A DNA stretch of 64,000 nucleotides from an uncultured Gemmatimonadales bacterium (GTDB lineage: Bacteria > Gemmatimonadota > Gemmatimonadetes > Gemmatimonadales > GWC2-71-9). The notes beneath the pieces are model-generated. The model was not told where the DNA came from. It was given only the letters and a program-made list of their open reading frames with translations, and made no database searches. The first letter of the stretch is position 1. Every line of letters begins with the position of its first letter. A program made the translations under genes and the position numbers. The stretch spans positions 436,307-500,306 of the forward strand of contig CAWCVB010000006.1 in NCBI GenBank assembly GCA_963798915.1, written 5' to 3'. Below are positions 40,178 through 49,424 of the stretch, in pieces.

Positions 40178-40720
40178 CTATTCCGGTTGCCGGATCGGTC
40201 CTGCGATCCGTTCGCGGTCGAGAAACTCGCTTCGCAGTATGGCAATGCCATCGACTGCCACCCGAATCCCGCTGCCGGGTAGCGATGCTACACCGACGAT
40301 CGTGATGGCCGGCGGAGGCGACTCGGTGAAGAGGGCGGCCGCGGTTTGCTGGACCGTGCGTGCGGCGGTGGAGTCCATATCTGCGACGTAAAAGGTGAGC
40401 TTCACCACGTCGCCGGGGAGACCGCGACCGGCACGGACGACCCGCAGCAGGTTGCCCACGCTTTGCCGGGTCTGCAGCTCCAGATCGTCCGGGCCGATGA
40501 GGCGGGTGGCGCTATCAAGCGGCACCTGACCGGAGACGTACAGCACCAGCCCGCGTTTGACCGCCGAGCTGAAGCCGGGGATGGCTGGCACTGAGTCGGC
40601 GCCGACGGCAACCGCACCAACCGGCTGGACGGGGCCGGGAAATTGGCGGCGGGCGTTGGACTGCGCGCAGGCAGTGACGGCAAGGAGCATGGCGAGCGCG
40701 GTGAATCGGTGGTGAGGCAT
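40178..40720 (-). CDS. RidA/YjgF family protein with a lipoprotein signal
   Basis: FSSAVKRG, LYVSGQVP, QTRQ, DVVKLTFYV, PPAITIVGVASL; N-terminal LLAVTAC. Confidence 0.8.
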   Translation of the reverse strand: MPHHRFTALAMLLAVTACAQSNARRQFPGPVQPVGAVAVGADSVPAIPGFSSAVKRGLVLYVSGQVPLDSATRLIGPDDLELQTRQSVGNLLRVVRAGRGLPGDVVKLTFYVADMDSTAARTVQQTAAALFTESPPPAITIVGVASLPGSGIRVAVDGIAILRSEFLDRERIAGPIRQPE

Positions 40721-40769
40721 GAGTCGAGAGTCGGGGGTTGGGGTGGAGAGTCGGGAACCTGGAGTCGAA
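40721..40769. repeat. Degenerate 7-nt tandem repeat (GAGTCGR)
   Basis: GAGTCGA GAGTCGG GGGTTGG...GAGTCGG...GAGTCGA directly upstream of the Rid gene start. Confidence 0.6.
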
Positions 40770-40944
40770 GGACGCAGCTGCGACAACAAGCGAAATCGGA
40801 GAAGTATGACGCTCCGTACCGGCCTGGCGACACGTCTCAGGGCCGTGACCCCGGCCGGCACACCAGCCCGAAGCTGTCTCCTCAGGTCTGCTTTGGCAAT
40901 GTGGCTCGCCGCACAGGCTGCCCTGGCCGCGTTGGCCGCCCTGG

Positions 40945-40982
40945 AAAAGACGACGCCCACCCCTCGCGAGGTGGGCGTTGCC
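40945..40982 (-). terminator. Rho-independent terminator of nrdJ
   Basis: Minus strand GGCAACGCCCACC...GGTGGGCGTCGTC stem followed by TTTT. Confidence 0.7.
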
Positions 40983-41025
40983 AGTCTGCGGTGAGCGGGC
41001 GCCACGACGTCCCGCTACGGCATGT

Positions 41026-43528
41026 TCAGCCGCACTCCGAGAACCCGCAGACATGGCACTTGACGCATCCTTCGGCGTATTCCAGCTGCGAGCCGCAGTC
41101 GGGGCACGCGCCTGAGAGGGTCTGCTGCAATCCTCCCATGACCAGCTGCTCCGCGCCGTGTGCCACCATGACTTCCTGAGGCACAGCCGTCCCACCGTTC
41201 GAGAGCAGCTCCTGCTGGATGCCCTGCTTTTCGTTCATCCACCGTTCGATCGCAATGCCGACCGCATCCGGGACGGACATGACCTTGTTGGGGCCAAGCC
41301 CGATGACACGATCGGAACTGATGCCCCGCAGCTGGCGGTGGATTTCCTTCATCGGGATTCCCGAACGCAGCGACAGCGAGATCAGGCGGCCGATGGCCTC
41401 CACGTCCGCCATGAGGGCCCCACCCGCCTTGCCCAGCGACATGAAGACCTCGAACGGCTGGCCCTTGTCGTCTTCGGTGATCGTGACGTACAGGGTGCCG
41501 AGCGGCGTCTCGACGCGACGGGTGGTGCCACGGAGCATTTCCGGCCGCGAGCGCTTCTGCCGACGGTTCAGGTTCTCCGCCTCAAGATCGTGCACCAGCC
41601 GCTTGAGGCGGTCATTTTCGGCCTGCACTTCCGCGAGCTCGCCGTGCACGTCCGCGGTCGCCCCGCGGGCCTCATGAGCGCTGGCGCGGCCGAGGTCCGC
41701 CCTGGCTTCGGCGCGGCCAGTGGAGGTTGCCTGTTCGTGAACCTTGCGCGCCGTGCTCCCGGTCGAGAGCACCTGCATGTCCCGGCTCCCGTCCCGGTAC
41801 ACCGTCACGCCCTTGCAGCCGAGGTGGAAGGCCAGCCGATAAATCTCCTCGACGTACTTCCTCGGTGGCATCGTGCGCAAAATTGCAGGTCTTGGAGATG
41901 GCCGAATCGTTGTATTCCTGGAAGGCCGCCTGCATGCGGATATGCCACTCGGGCTTGATGTGGTTGGCGGTCACGAAGACACGCTGCCACCTGGCCGGCA
42001 CTTCATCGAAGCTGATATGTCCAGACTCGGCGATCTGCTGCATCAGCTCTTCGCTGTACCAGCCCTCCTGGCGGGCGATGGCCACGAAGTCCTCGTTCAC
42101 ATCGGGCATGAGGACGCCCGCCTGGTTACGCATGAACGCCACGGCGAAGAGCGGCTCGATGCCCGAGCTGCAGCCGGCGATGATGGAAATCGTGCCGGTA
42201 GGCGCGACTGTCGTCACGTTGCAGTTGCGGAGCTTCCGCATGGGGCGGATCCGGCGCCCCTGGGCGTCGCGAGCGCAGGATGCATCCGGACCCCAGATGC
42301 TCCGTTCCCACTCGGGGAACGGGCCACGGACGTCCGCCAGCCGCTCGGATTCGACCTTGGCCTCGTCATCCACGAACTTCTGGATCTTGCGGCCAAGGTC
42401 GACCGCCTCGTCGGAGTCGTACGCGATCCCGAGCCGGATGAAGACGTCCGCCAGGCCCATGACCCCCAGGCCGATGCGCCGGATTCGGTGGGCGAGCTCG
42501 GTGATCTCTGGCAGCGGGTATTGATTGGCGTCGATGACATTTTCCAGGAAGTGAGTCGTAAGGTGCACCACCTGGCGAAGCCGGGTCCAGTCGATGGCGC
42601 CGCCGCTCACGAAGGCACCGAGATTGATGGAGCCGAGATTGCAGACATCGTACGGCAGCAGGGGCTGCTCGCCACACGGATTGGTAGCCTCGTAGGCTCC
42701 CAGCGCTGGCACCGGATTGAAGTGATTGGCGCGATCGATGAAGAAGATGCCCGGCTCACCAGTCCGCCAGGCCCCATGAATCACCTTGTTCCAGACCTCC
42801 CGGGCGTCGAGCTGCCCGGTCACCTCGCCACTGCGAGGGTGAATCAGGTCGTAGGGCGTGTCGGCCTCGACGGCCGCCATGAACGCGTCCGTCACGGCCA
42901 CCGAGATGTTGAAATTGGTGATCTTGGTGATGTCATCCTTGCAGTTGATGAACTCCATGATGTCGGGATGGTCCACCCGGAGGATGCCCATGTTGGCGCC
43001 GCGACGGGTTCCGCCCTGCTTGACCACGTCGGTCGAGGCATCGAACAGGGACATGAAGGAGACCGGTCCCGAAGCGACTCCCATGGTCGAACGAACGATG
43101 GCGTTCTTGGGTCGCAGCCGCGAAAAGCTGAAGCCGGTGCCCCCACCGGACTGGTGCACCAGGGCCATGGCACGGAGGGTATCGTAGATGCCACTCCGGC
43201 CGTTGGACAGCGCGTCATCAACCGGGAGGACAAAACAGGCCGACAACTGGCCGAGCGGCCGACCGGCATTCATGAGCGTCGGTGAGTTGGGCATGAACAG
43301 CCGGTTGGCCATCAATCCGTAGAAGGCATCCGCCAGGGCTTCCACCGCCCCGTCCGATGCGCCGTAGCGTCGATCCGGCTCGGCGATGGTGCGGGCGACT
43401 CGCGCGAACAGGTCTTCCGCCCGCTCCACCGGCTTGCCTGTCTCATCCTTGATGAGATAGCGCTTCTCCAGCACGGTGACAGCATTGGGCGACAGCGAAA
43501 CCGGTTCCCGAGGAGTCTGGGAATGCAT
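41026..43528 (-). CDS. nrdJ: Class II (adenosylcobalamin-dependent) ribonucleotide reductase; apparent frameshift near 41858
   Basis: PNSPTLMNAG, QLSACFV, RRGANMG, TNPCGE, APTGTIS, SKTCN; then in the next frame KGVTVYRDGSR, a TSCPD-type domain and a C-terminal Cys ribbon. Confidence 0.95.
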
Positions 43529-43820
43529 GCGGAGTCTCCACCTGCGGAAATTATGGAATGAATCAGTGCGCCGGTTGACGCACCGCGACGCTCACGAACC
43601 GTTTGTCGATCGAAGGATTCCCTGCCCCGAAGTCGCTGCGGTTTGACCGTCCGGCCAGCACAGAGGAACCAAGGCGCAAGCTAGGACAAATGGGCGGCGG
43701 GCACAAGACGTTCAAAAGTGGCGACGGGACGGGCAGTTTCGGTTTGCACATCACAAATGTGCGAGACTGAAGAAGCGGTAAAGATTCGGCATTCCACTTT
43801 CGGTGTTCCGCGCCTGGCGT

Positions 43821-44345
43821 TCAGCCTCCCATCCCCTGCCATTCCCCTCGCGCGTGACGTTCCGCCTGCATCACGTAGTGCCGCCACGTCGCCTCGATCC
43901 GTTGCGTCAGCGCCGCATCGACCGCCCGGACGATCCGGCCGGGGACGCCCATGACCAGCGAGCCGGCAGGCACGCGCATGCCCTCGGGCACCACCGCGCC
44001 GGCCGCGATGACGCTGCCCGTGCCGACGTGGACGCCGTTCAGCAGCACGCTGCCCATGCCGATGAGACATTCGTCTTCCACCATACACCCGTGCAGGATG
44101 ACGCGGTGCCCTACCCCCACCCGTCGCCCGACCGCACACGGCACGCCCTCATCAACGTGGACGATGGTACCATCCTGGATGTTGGACTGATCACCGATGG
44201 TGATGGGGGCCATGTCTCCGCGCAGCACCGAACCATACCAGACGCTGGCCTGCTCGCCCAGCGTAACGTCTCCCAGCACCACGGCACCAGGGGCGACAAA
44301 CGCTGACGGGGCAATCGAGGGTGCCCTGGAGCTGCCAGCACTCAT
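43821..44345 (-). CDS. Gamma carbonic anhydrase family protein
   Basis: Hexapeptide repeats, VLRGD, NIQD, three His (VH, GH, LHG). Confidence 0.93.
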   Translation of the reverse strand: MSAGSSRAPSIAPSAFVAPGAVVLGDVTLGEQASVWYGSVLRGDMAPITIGDQSNIQDGTIVHVDEGVPCAVGRRVGVGHRVILHGCMVEDECLIGMGSVLLNGVHVGTGSVIAAGAVVPEGMRVPAGSLVMGVPGRIVRAVDAALTQRIEATWRHYVMQAERHARGEWQGMGG

Positions 44346-46366
44346 CGCGATGCCGGAAAGGCCATCTGGGTCCACGCCCCGACGGCCGCACCATTCTGCT
44401 GTGCCGGGGTCCATTCCAGGCTCAGGGCAATGGTGCGCGCGGCACGGTCGAAGGTCCGATTGCCGGAGGAGCGCAACAGGCGGATATCCTCCGAGGCGCC
44501 GGACAGGCCTACGTAGATCCAGAATTCGGCCGGCCTTGCCACCCGCCGAACACCGCGCGGAAGGGCCACAAAGGGAGTCGAGAGCGGCCGCGGGCGAACA
44601 TCAAAGCAGGCGGTGCCATCCCAGTCCGGGCCGGGCTCGCACGGGTCGGCGCTCTCGGCCGAGGCCACGGTTGGTGCGGCGGCCGCCGCTCCGAGCGGGG
44701 TGAGCACCGGTGCGAGGACGAGCGTGTCGTTGCGGTGCACGGAGACTGTTTCGGCAAAGAAGCGGAAGCGCGGCGCCGAGACGGCAATCACGTGACTGCC
44801 TTCGGCCAGCGGCGTGACCGCCGTGGTTGCGCGCTGCTCGTCGATGAGCACTTCCGACCCGGCCGGAAGATTCCGGATTCGGACAGCCCCGGAATCGGTA
44901 TTGACCGGTGACGCTGAGGCGGTGGCCGGAGCGCCGCGAGAGGCGGTGTCCGGGGCGCTCGCGGGTGCGGCCGCCATTGGCCTGGCCGTATCGCCACCCG
45001 TGACACCGGCGCTTCCTGTATCCGGGGATCCTGCGCGCAGGGAGTCGGCGGGGATCGGTTTCCGGGCGAGGGCTGAATCAGCGGCCGGCGCCGGCGGCGC
45101 AGCGGCCCCCTGGCGTTGCCACATCCAGTATCCGGCCGCCGCCGCAGCCAGAAGCAAAATGACGAGCACCGGCCAGCCTGCGCCCCTTCCTCCCTTCATG
45201 GCGGCCGACCGGTTGGCCACCCGACGCGCTCCCGGCCGGGTCTCGGCTGTCCGGTCCCGCGGCAACGCACGCGCCTCCCCAGGAGGTCGCAAGGGTGGCG
45301 GCATGACCGGGGAAGCCACGGTCGGTGCGAGCGCGGGAGGTGCGACAGGAACGGATGCTGGGGCATCCTCGCCAGGAATCAGCACAATCGGGGGCCCCGA
45401 CCGGGGCTTCATGCGCACCACGCTCGGCGCGACTTCCTGTCCCGCCAGTGCCGCTTCCAGCTCAGCCGCCGACTGCACCCGTTCCTCGGGCGACTTCGCC
45501 AGCAACTTCTCGATGACCGCGTACAGGGCCCGCTCATCATCATTGGCCAGTCGCGGGCGCGGCAGTGGCTCACTGACATGCTTGAAGCCAATCTGGAAGC
45601 CATCGTCTCCATCGAACGGCACCGCGCCGGTGAGGCACTGGAACGCGACGATCCCGAGGCTGTAAATGTCGCTGCGGAAGTCGGTGTCCTGCGCCCGAGC
45701 CTGTTCCGGCGACATGTAGCGGGGAGTGCCGATGGAGAGGCCGGTGCCGGTGAGCCGCTGCCGGGTCGCCGCCTTGGCAATGCCGAAGTCCGTCAGGACT
45801 GAACGCCCGAACTCATCGAGCATGATGTTGTCCGGCTTGATGTCGCGATGGACCACGCCATGCTCGGCGGCGTAGCCAAGGGCCGAACCCGCCTCCAGGA
45901 GAAGCCGGCGGATTTCAGCCGGGCGAAGGCGCCCATGTTCCTTGAGCAGATCGGAGAGCGTGCCTCCTCGCAGGAACTTCATGACGAAGTAGATCACCTG
46001 GCCCGCACGGCCGACGCGGTAGATGGGGATGATGTTCGGATGCTCGAGCCGCGCCGCGGTCCTCGCCTCGCGCTGAAATCGCTTGACGAACTCCTGGTCA
46101 AACGTGAACGCGGCCGGCAGCACCTTGATGGCGACATCGCGCTCCAGCGCCCGCTCGCGAGCCCGGTATACCAGTGCCATGCCTCCACGCCCCAGCTCCT
46201 GGAACTGGTCGTATTCCTCGGCGAGCGCCTCGCTCGCGAGATCGGCCTCGCTGGCCTGACCCGTGGCAAGTCGTCGCATCGGTGTGGTCGCAAACAGATC
46301 GAGCCCGCAGGCGGAGCAGAAGCGGGAGCCGTCCGGAAGGGCAGTGCCGCAATGGGTGCAATGCAT
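44342..46366 (-). CDS. Hanks-type Ser/Thr kinase with zinc ribbon, TM helix, PEGA-like and TonB C-terminal-like domains
   Basis: CTHC...CSAC, GRGGMALV, VAIK, HRDIKPDN, DFG, YMSPEQ; one TM helix; PAGSEVLID; SSGNRTFDRAA...WTPAQQNG. Confidence 0.92.
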   Translation of the reverse strand: MHCTHCGTALPDGSRFCSACGLDLFATTPMRRLATGQASEADLASEALAEEYDQFQELGRGGMALVYRARERALERDVAIKVLPAAFTFDQEFVKRFQREARTAARLEHPNIIPIYRVGRAGQVIYFVMKFLRGGTLSDLLKEHGRLRPAEIRRLLLEAGSALGYAAEHGVVHRDIKPDNIMLDEFGRSVLTDFGIAKAATRQRLTGTGLSIGTPRYMSPEQARAQDTDFRSDIYSLGIVAFQCLTGAVPFDGDDGFQIGFKHVSEPLPRPRLANDDERALYAVIEKLLAKSPEERVQSAAELEAALAGQEVAPSVVRMKPRSGPPIVLIPGEDAPASVPVAPPALAPTVASPVMPPPLRPPGEARALPRDRTAETRPGARRVANRSAAMKGGRGAGWPVLVILLLAAAAAGYWMWQRQGAAAPPAPAADSALARKPIPADSLRAGSPDTGSAGVTGGDTARPMAAAPASAPDTASRGAPATASASPVNTDSGAVRIRNLPAGSEVLIDEQRATTAVTPLAEGSHVIAVSAPRFRFFAETVSVHRNDTLVLAPVLTPLGAAAAAPTVASAESADPCEPGPDWDGTACFDVRPRPLSTPFVALPRGVRRVARPAEFWIYVGLSGASEDIRLLRSSGNRTFDRAARTIALSLEWTPAQQNGAAVGAWTQMAFPASR

Positions 46367-46564
46367 GGACTCGAAGCTACCGGGCCCCAAGAACGGGCGT
46401 CAAGCGCCACTGCGGAACGTCGGCCCGCTCTGGCGGAACGCGATACGCAGCTGGGCCCAGCACCCTCCCGCAACCCGCAACGGATGCCGGGTTGCGATGC
46501 CTAAATACAGGAACGAGTCGTGGTTGCACCGTGGCAATGTGAGGTGTCAGCGAGGTCACCACCT

Positions 46565-46580
46565 TGGCACACCGGATGCG
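46565..46580 (+). promoter_or_regulatory. Putative sigma54 promoter
   Basis: TGGCACACCGGATGCG has GG-N10-GC spacing, 35-45 nt upstream of the next ORF. Confidence 0.45.
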
Positions 46581-46622
46581 CAATGGCCATGCAATCACCA
46601 CCCGGAGACTCATGTGGTTCCG

Positions 46623-47066
46623 ATGCACACTGTCGTATTCGGCCAGCAGAAATTGCAGAATGCGCTGCGCGGCTCAGAGCGTCACGAGCATCCGCTTGGC
46701 TACGGTTTCGTCCTGCACGCACGGAAGCGTGGCCGGCGCATGGCGCTGGGCGTGATCACACCGGGAGGAGAGAGCCTTGCCCTGACGCCGCGGCTGCTGG
46801 CAGGGCTTGCGCGCCGGCCGCTCTGGCTCTACGGGACAGCGGCAGTCGCGCTGGAGGCGGGCGACGCGCTGACCGGCCACCCGGCAAGGAACATGAACGA
46901 TGGGGACGTTCCGCTTGCATCAATCCTGATGCATGTCGAAGGGCTGGATCGGTATGCGCCGGGAGCCCAGCGGGTGGTCGAAGTCGAGGCACGGGTCATC
47001 GCTGACGCCCTGGTCCAGCCACTGGTTGTGCTGACCACCTCACGGCCGCCGTCGTGGCCCCGCTGA
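46623..47066 (+). CDS. Hypothetical protein
   Basis: Globular-looking ORF filling the gap; GGAGA SD (alternative GTG start at 46614). Confidence 0.65.
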   Translation: MHTVVFGQQKLQNALRGSERHEHPLGYGFVLHARKRGRRMALGVITPGGESLALTPRLLAGLARRPLWLYGTAAVALEAGDALTGHPARNMNDGDVPLASILMHVEGLDRYAPGAQRVVEVEARVIADALVQPLVVLTTSRPPSWPR

Positions 47067-47120
47067 CTGGCCCTGTCGGGGCCGGCGCTGCGGGGCCTTC
47101 GGTGGGGCCGCGAGTCGCCG

Positions 47121-49424
47121 CTACCGTCCGACCACGCTGAACTGCGCCGCTCGGTCGTCCTTGTTGCCCGCGGCATCAGTGATGGTGACGTGGAGCGTAT
47201 AGGAACCGGGTGACAGTCGCTCCAGCGATACGTCACGATGCAGCCCGACACCGGCGGGACCCGCCCGATCCTCGAATTTCAGCTTGATGGCCGTGCCGCC
47301 GCCGCCGAAGATCTTCCGGAGGAATCCCCCACCACCCTTGCCCTTCTTCACCTCGATCTGGGTCGTGTACGCGGCGCCAGGCGCCAGGCCGTACACTTCG
47401 TAATACACCTGCATGGTATCCGAGCGCGCATACAGGCCCAGCGGATTGAACAGCACGGAGTCGGCGCCCGAGGGGGGAGTCCAGACCAGTCGAGCCACGC
47501 CCGACCCGAGCGCCAGGTCGCTGAGGCGGGGGCGCGCCGCCGACGGAGCCGCGACCCGGATGGTGTCGAGCGGCTCGACGATCCCCGCATCCGCACCCTG
47601 CTCGATAGCAACACGGTAGGTGAGGTTGCCCGGCGGCGTGTTGACGTCCACCCGGCCAACGAGATGCTCGCGCGGCGGCACCGGCGCTTCCGAGATGAAC
47701 TGGCGGGTGGTATCGAGCGCCGCCACCACGGTGCCGGCGCTGTCCATGGCGGCAAAGCGGAGGCGGACTGAGTACAGGTACCCGCGCGAAATGCGCATCG
47801 GCTGCAGGCCATCGCCGCGAATTCCGTAGGTGATGTGCACCAGCGGCCCGCGCTCGTCATGGCCGACGGCCAGCACCTCCACCTCGGCATCGAGCTGCTT
47901 TGCGAAATTCAGGACGTAGCTGTCGGTCGTCGTGCCGATCCGGATGCTCTCCCGGCCAAGTCGTCGTTCCTCAGCCCGGTACCGCTCTGCGCTCGCATCG
48001 CCGACGCCCTGGAGCCGCGCGTAGAGCGGCGAAAGCTTCTGACGAGAACTGAGCAGCTCCTCAGCCTGGCTGCCCACCTGCGGCAGGGTCGAGGCGCCCA
48101 GCAGGACCGCATTGTTGAACCCAAGCACGTCGAACAGACTCTCGACCAGCTTGTAATCCTGCACATCCTCGCGTGCGAGGAAGTGGAAGACGAGGTCCCC
48201 TTCAGGCCGGCTGTAGCGCCAGGATTCGTTGGGCTCGAGTCCGGGAGCGTTGTAGAACGCCCGCGCCGTGGGCGCTCCATGCCGGATGTAGATCACTCCG
48301 CGATCGTCGAAATCCCTGCTGCCCGAGCGATAGCGCTCGACAATGTCGTAGTGGCGCTTGGTGGAGGCAAGGAAGAAATTCCGCCGCGCGTAGAAGTAGC
48401 GCCGGTAATGCTCCGCCAGCCGCGCGCCCGGCGTCCGCAGGGACCGCTCGTCCCGCCGGGTCCAGAACTGCCGAAGCAGCGCCTCACGTCCCGCGCCGCT
48501 GGTGGCGTCGAACCGGTCCAGCACGCTGTCCGGTGCGATGAGCGCCAAATCGGTGCGGTATCCCGCCACCGCGAGCGAGTCATTGGAGCGAGCACCCTCA
48601 TAGTACGCCAGCTGTCCCGCCAGATCGCCCAGCATCAGCCTGGTGCGCGCGACCTCGAGCAGCCCCAGCCCGCGGTCGACGCCCGTGGCCGCGTATTGCC
48701 GAAAGGCACTGATTGCGCTGTCGGCATCGCCGACTTCCCGCTCCACCCGGCCGCGCGCGAGCAGCACCTCGGGTTGGAGCGTTGCCCTGGTGCCGGCGGC
48801 TCGCCGAAGCGCGTCCAGCGCCACGTTCAGCTTGATGTTGACCCGTTGCTGCAGCGCGGTGCTGGCAAGCTCGATCAAGCCCTTGGCGAAACCAGGGTCC
48901 ACCTGGGCCGACTTGGCGAAGGCGATGGCCGATCGGGAAAGGGCGTCCTTGCCGAACATCTGCTGCAGGCCGGCGACCACCGAGATCTGGGAATCTCCGA
49001 TGCCATATTCGGCCAGTCCCATCCCGTACCACGGGTAGGGCCATTCCGGTTGCAGGTCGATGCTCCACTGGAACTCGGATGCCGCATCGTCGAAATGTGA
49101 CCGTCCCCCGAGTTCACCCAGTCGGAGCGCAAGAAAGCCGAGGCGCAGGTGCAGGGGCGTGCTGTCGCGCGCCACCTTGGCCACCTCGATCAAACTGCGC
49201 TCGAGCCGCAGCAATGGAAGCGTGTCGCGCGTGGCGCTCAGGGAGTCGCGAAATCGTTCCAGCGCGGCACGCTGCTCCGCCGACTGCGCGCGCGCTGGGA
49301 CGAACGGCGCAAACGAGAGGGATACGGCGATGGCGAGCTGGCATCCGATACGAAGTGACATGACAAGATCCGTCTGCAGACCTGTTGGAGACGCCCGGCG
49401 GCGGCTGGTCCACACGCGCGTCAC
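47121..49424 (-). CDS. GWxTD domain protein with a TPR-like N-terminus
   Basis: FWTRRD...EHYRRY..A...F, DDRGVIYIRHGAP, NESWRY, C-terminal Ig-like SPGSYTLHV. Start either GTG 49424 or ATG 49361. Confidence 0.85.
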   Translation of the reverse strand: MTRVWTSRRRASPTGLQTDLVMSLRIGCQLAIAVSLSFAPFVPARAQSAEQRAALERFRDSLSATRDTLPLLRLERSLIEVAKVARDSTPLHLRLGFLALRLGELGGRSHFDDAASEFQWSIDLQPEWPYPWYGMGLAEYGIGDSQISVVAGLQQMFGKDALSRSAIAFAKSAQVDPGFAKGLIELASTALQQRVNIKLNVALDALRRAAGTRATLQPEVLLARGRVEREVGDADSAISAFRQYAATGVDRGLGLLEVARTRLMLGDLAGQLAYYEGARSNDSLAVAGYRTDLALIAPDSVLDRFDATSGAGREALLRQFWTRRDERSLRTPGARLAEHYRRYFYARRNFFLASTKRHYDIVERYRSGSRDFDDRGVIYIRHGAPTARAFYNAPGLEPNESWRYSRPEGDLVFHFLAREDVQDYKLVESLFDVLGFNNAVLLGASTLPQVGSQAEELLSSRQKLSPLYARLQGVGDASAERYRAEERRLGRESIRIGTTTDSYVLNFAKQLDAEVEVLAVGHDERGPLVHITYGIRGDGLQPMRISRGYLYSVRLRFAAMDSAGTVVAALDTTRQFISEAPVPPREHLVGRVDVNTPPGNLTYRVAIEQGADAGIVEPLDTIRVAAPSAARPRLSDLALGSGVARLVWTPPSGADSVLFNPLGLYARSDTMQVYYEVYGLAPGAAYTTQIEVKKGKGGGGFLRKIFGGGGTAIKLKFEDRAGPAGVGLHRDVSLERLSPGSYTLHVTITDAAGNKDDRAAQFSVVGR

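Noticed and set aside
41840..41880. Programmed frameshift, intein or split gene in nrdJ
   Set aside because: There is no slippery heptamer or inserted domain. Removing one base restores ATEEYVEEIY, and similar indels occur across the window.
43529..43820. Cobalamin riboswitch upstream of nrdJ
   Set aside because: Only an AGGGAA fragment is present; the other conserved elements, including the B12 box, were not found.
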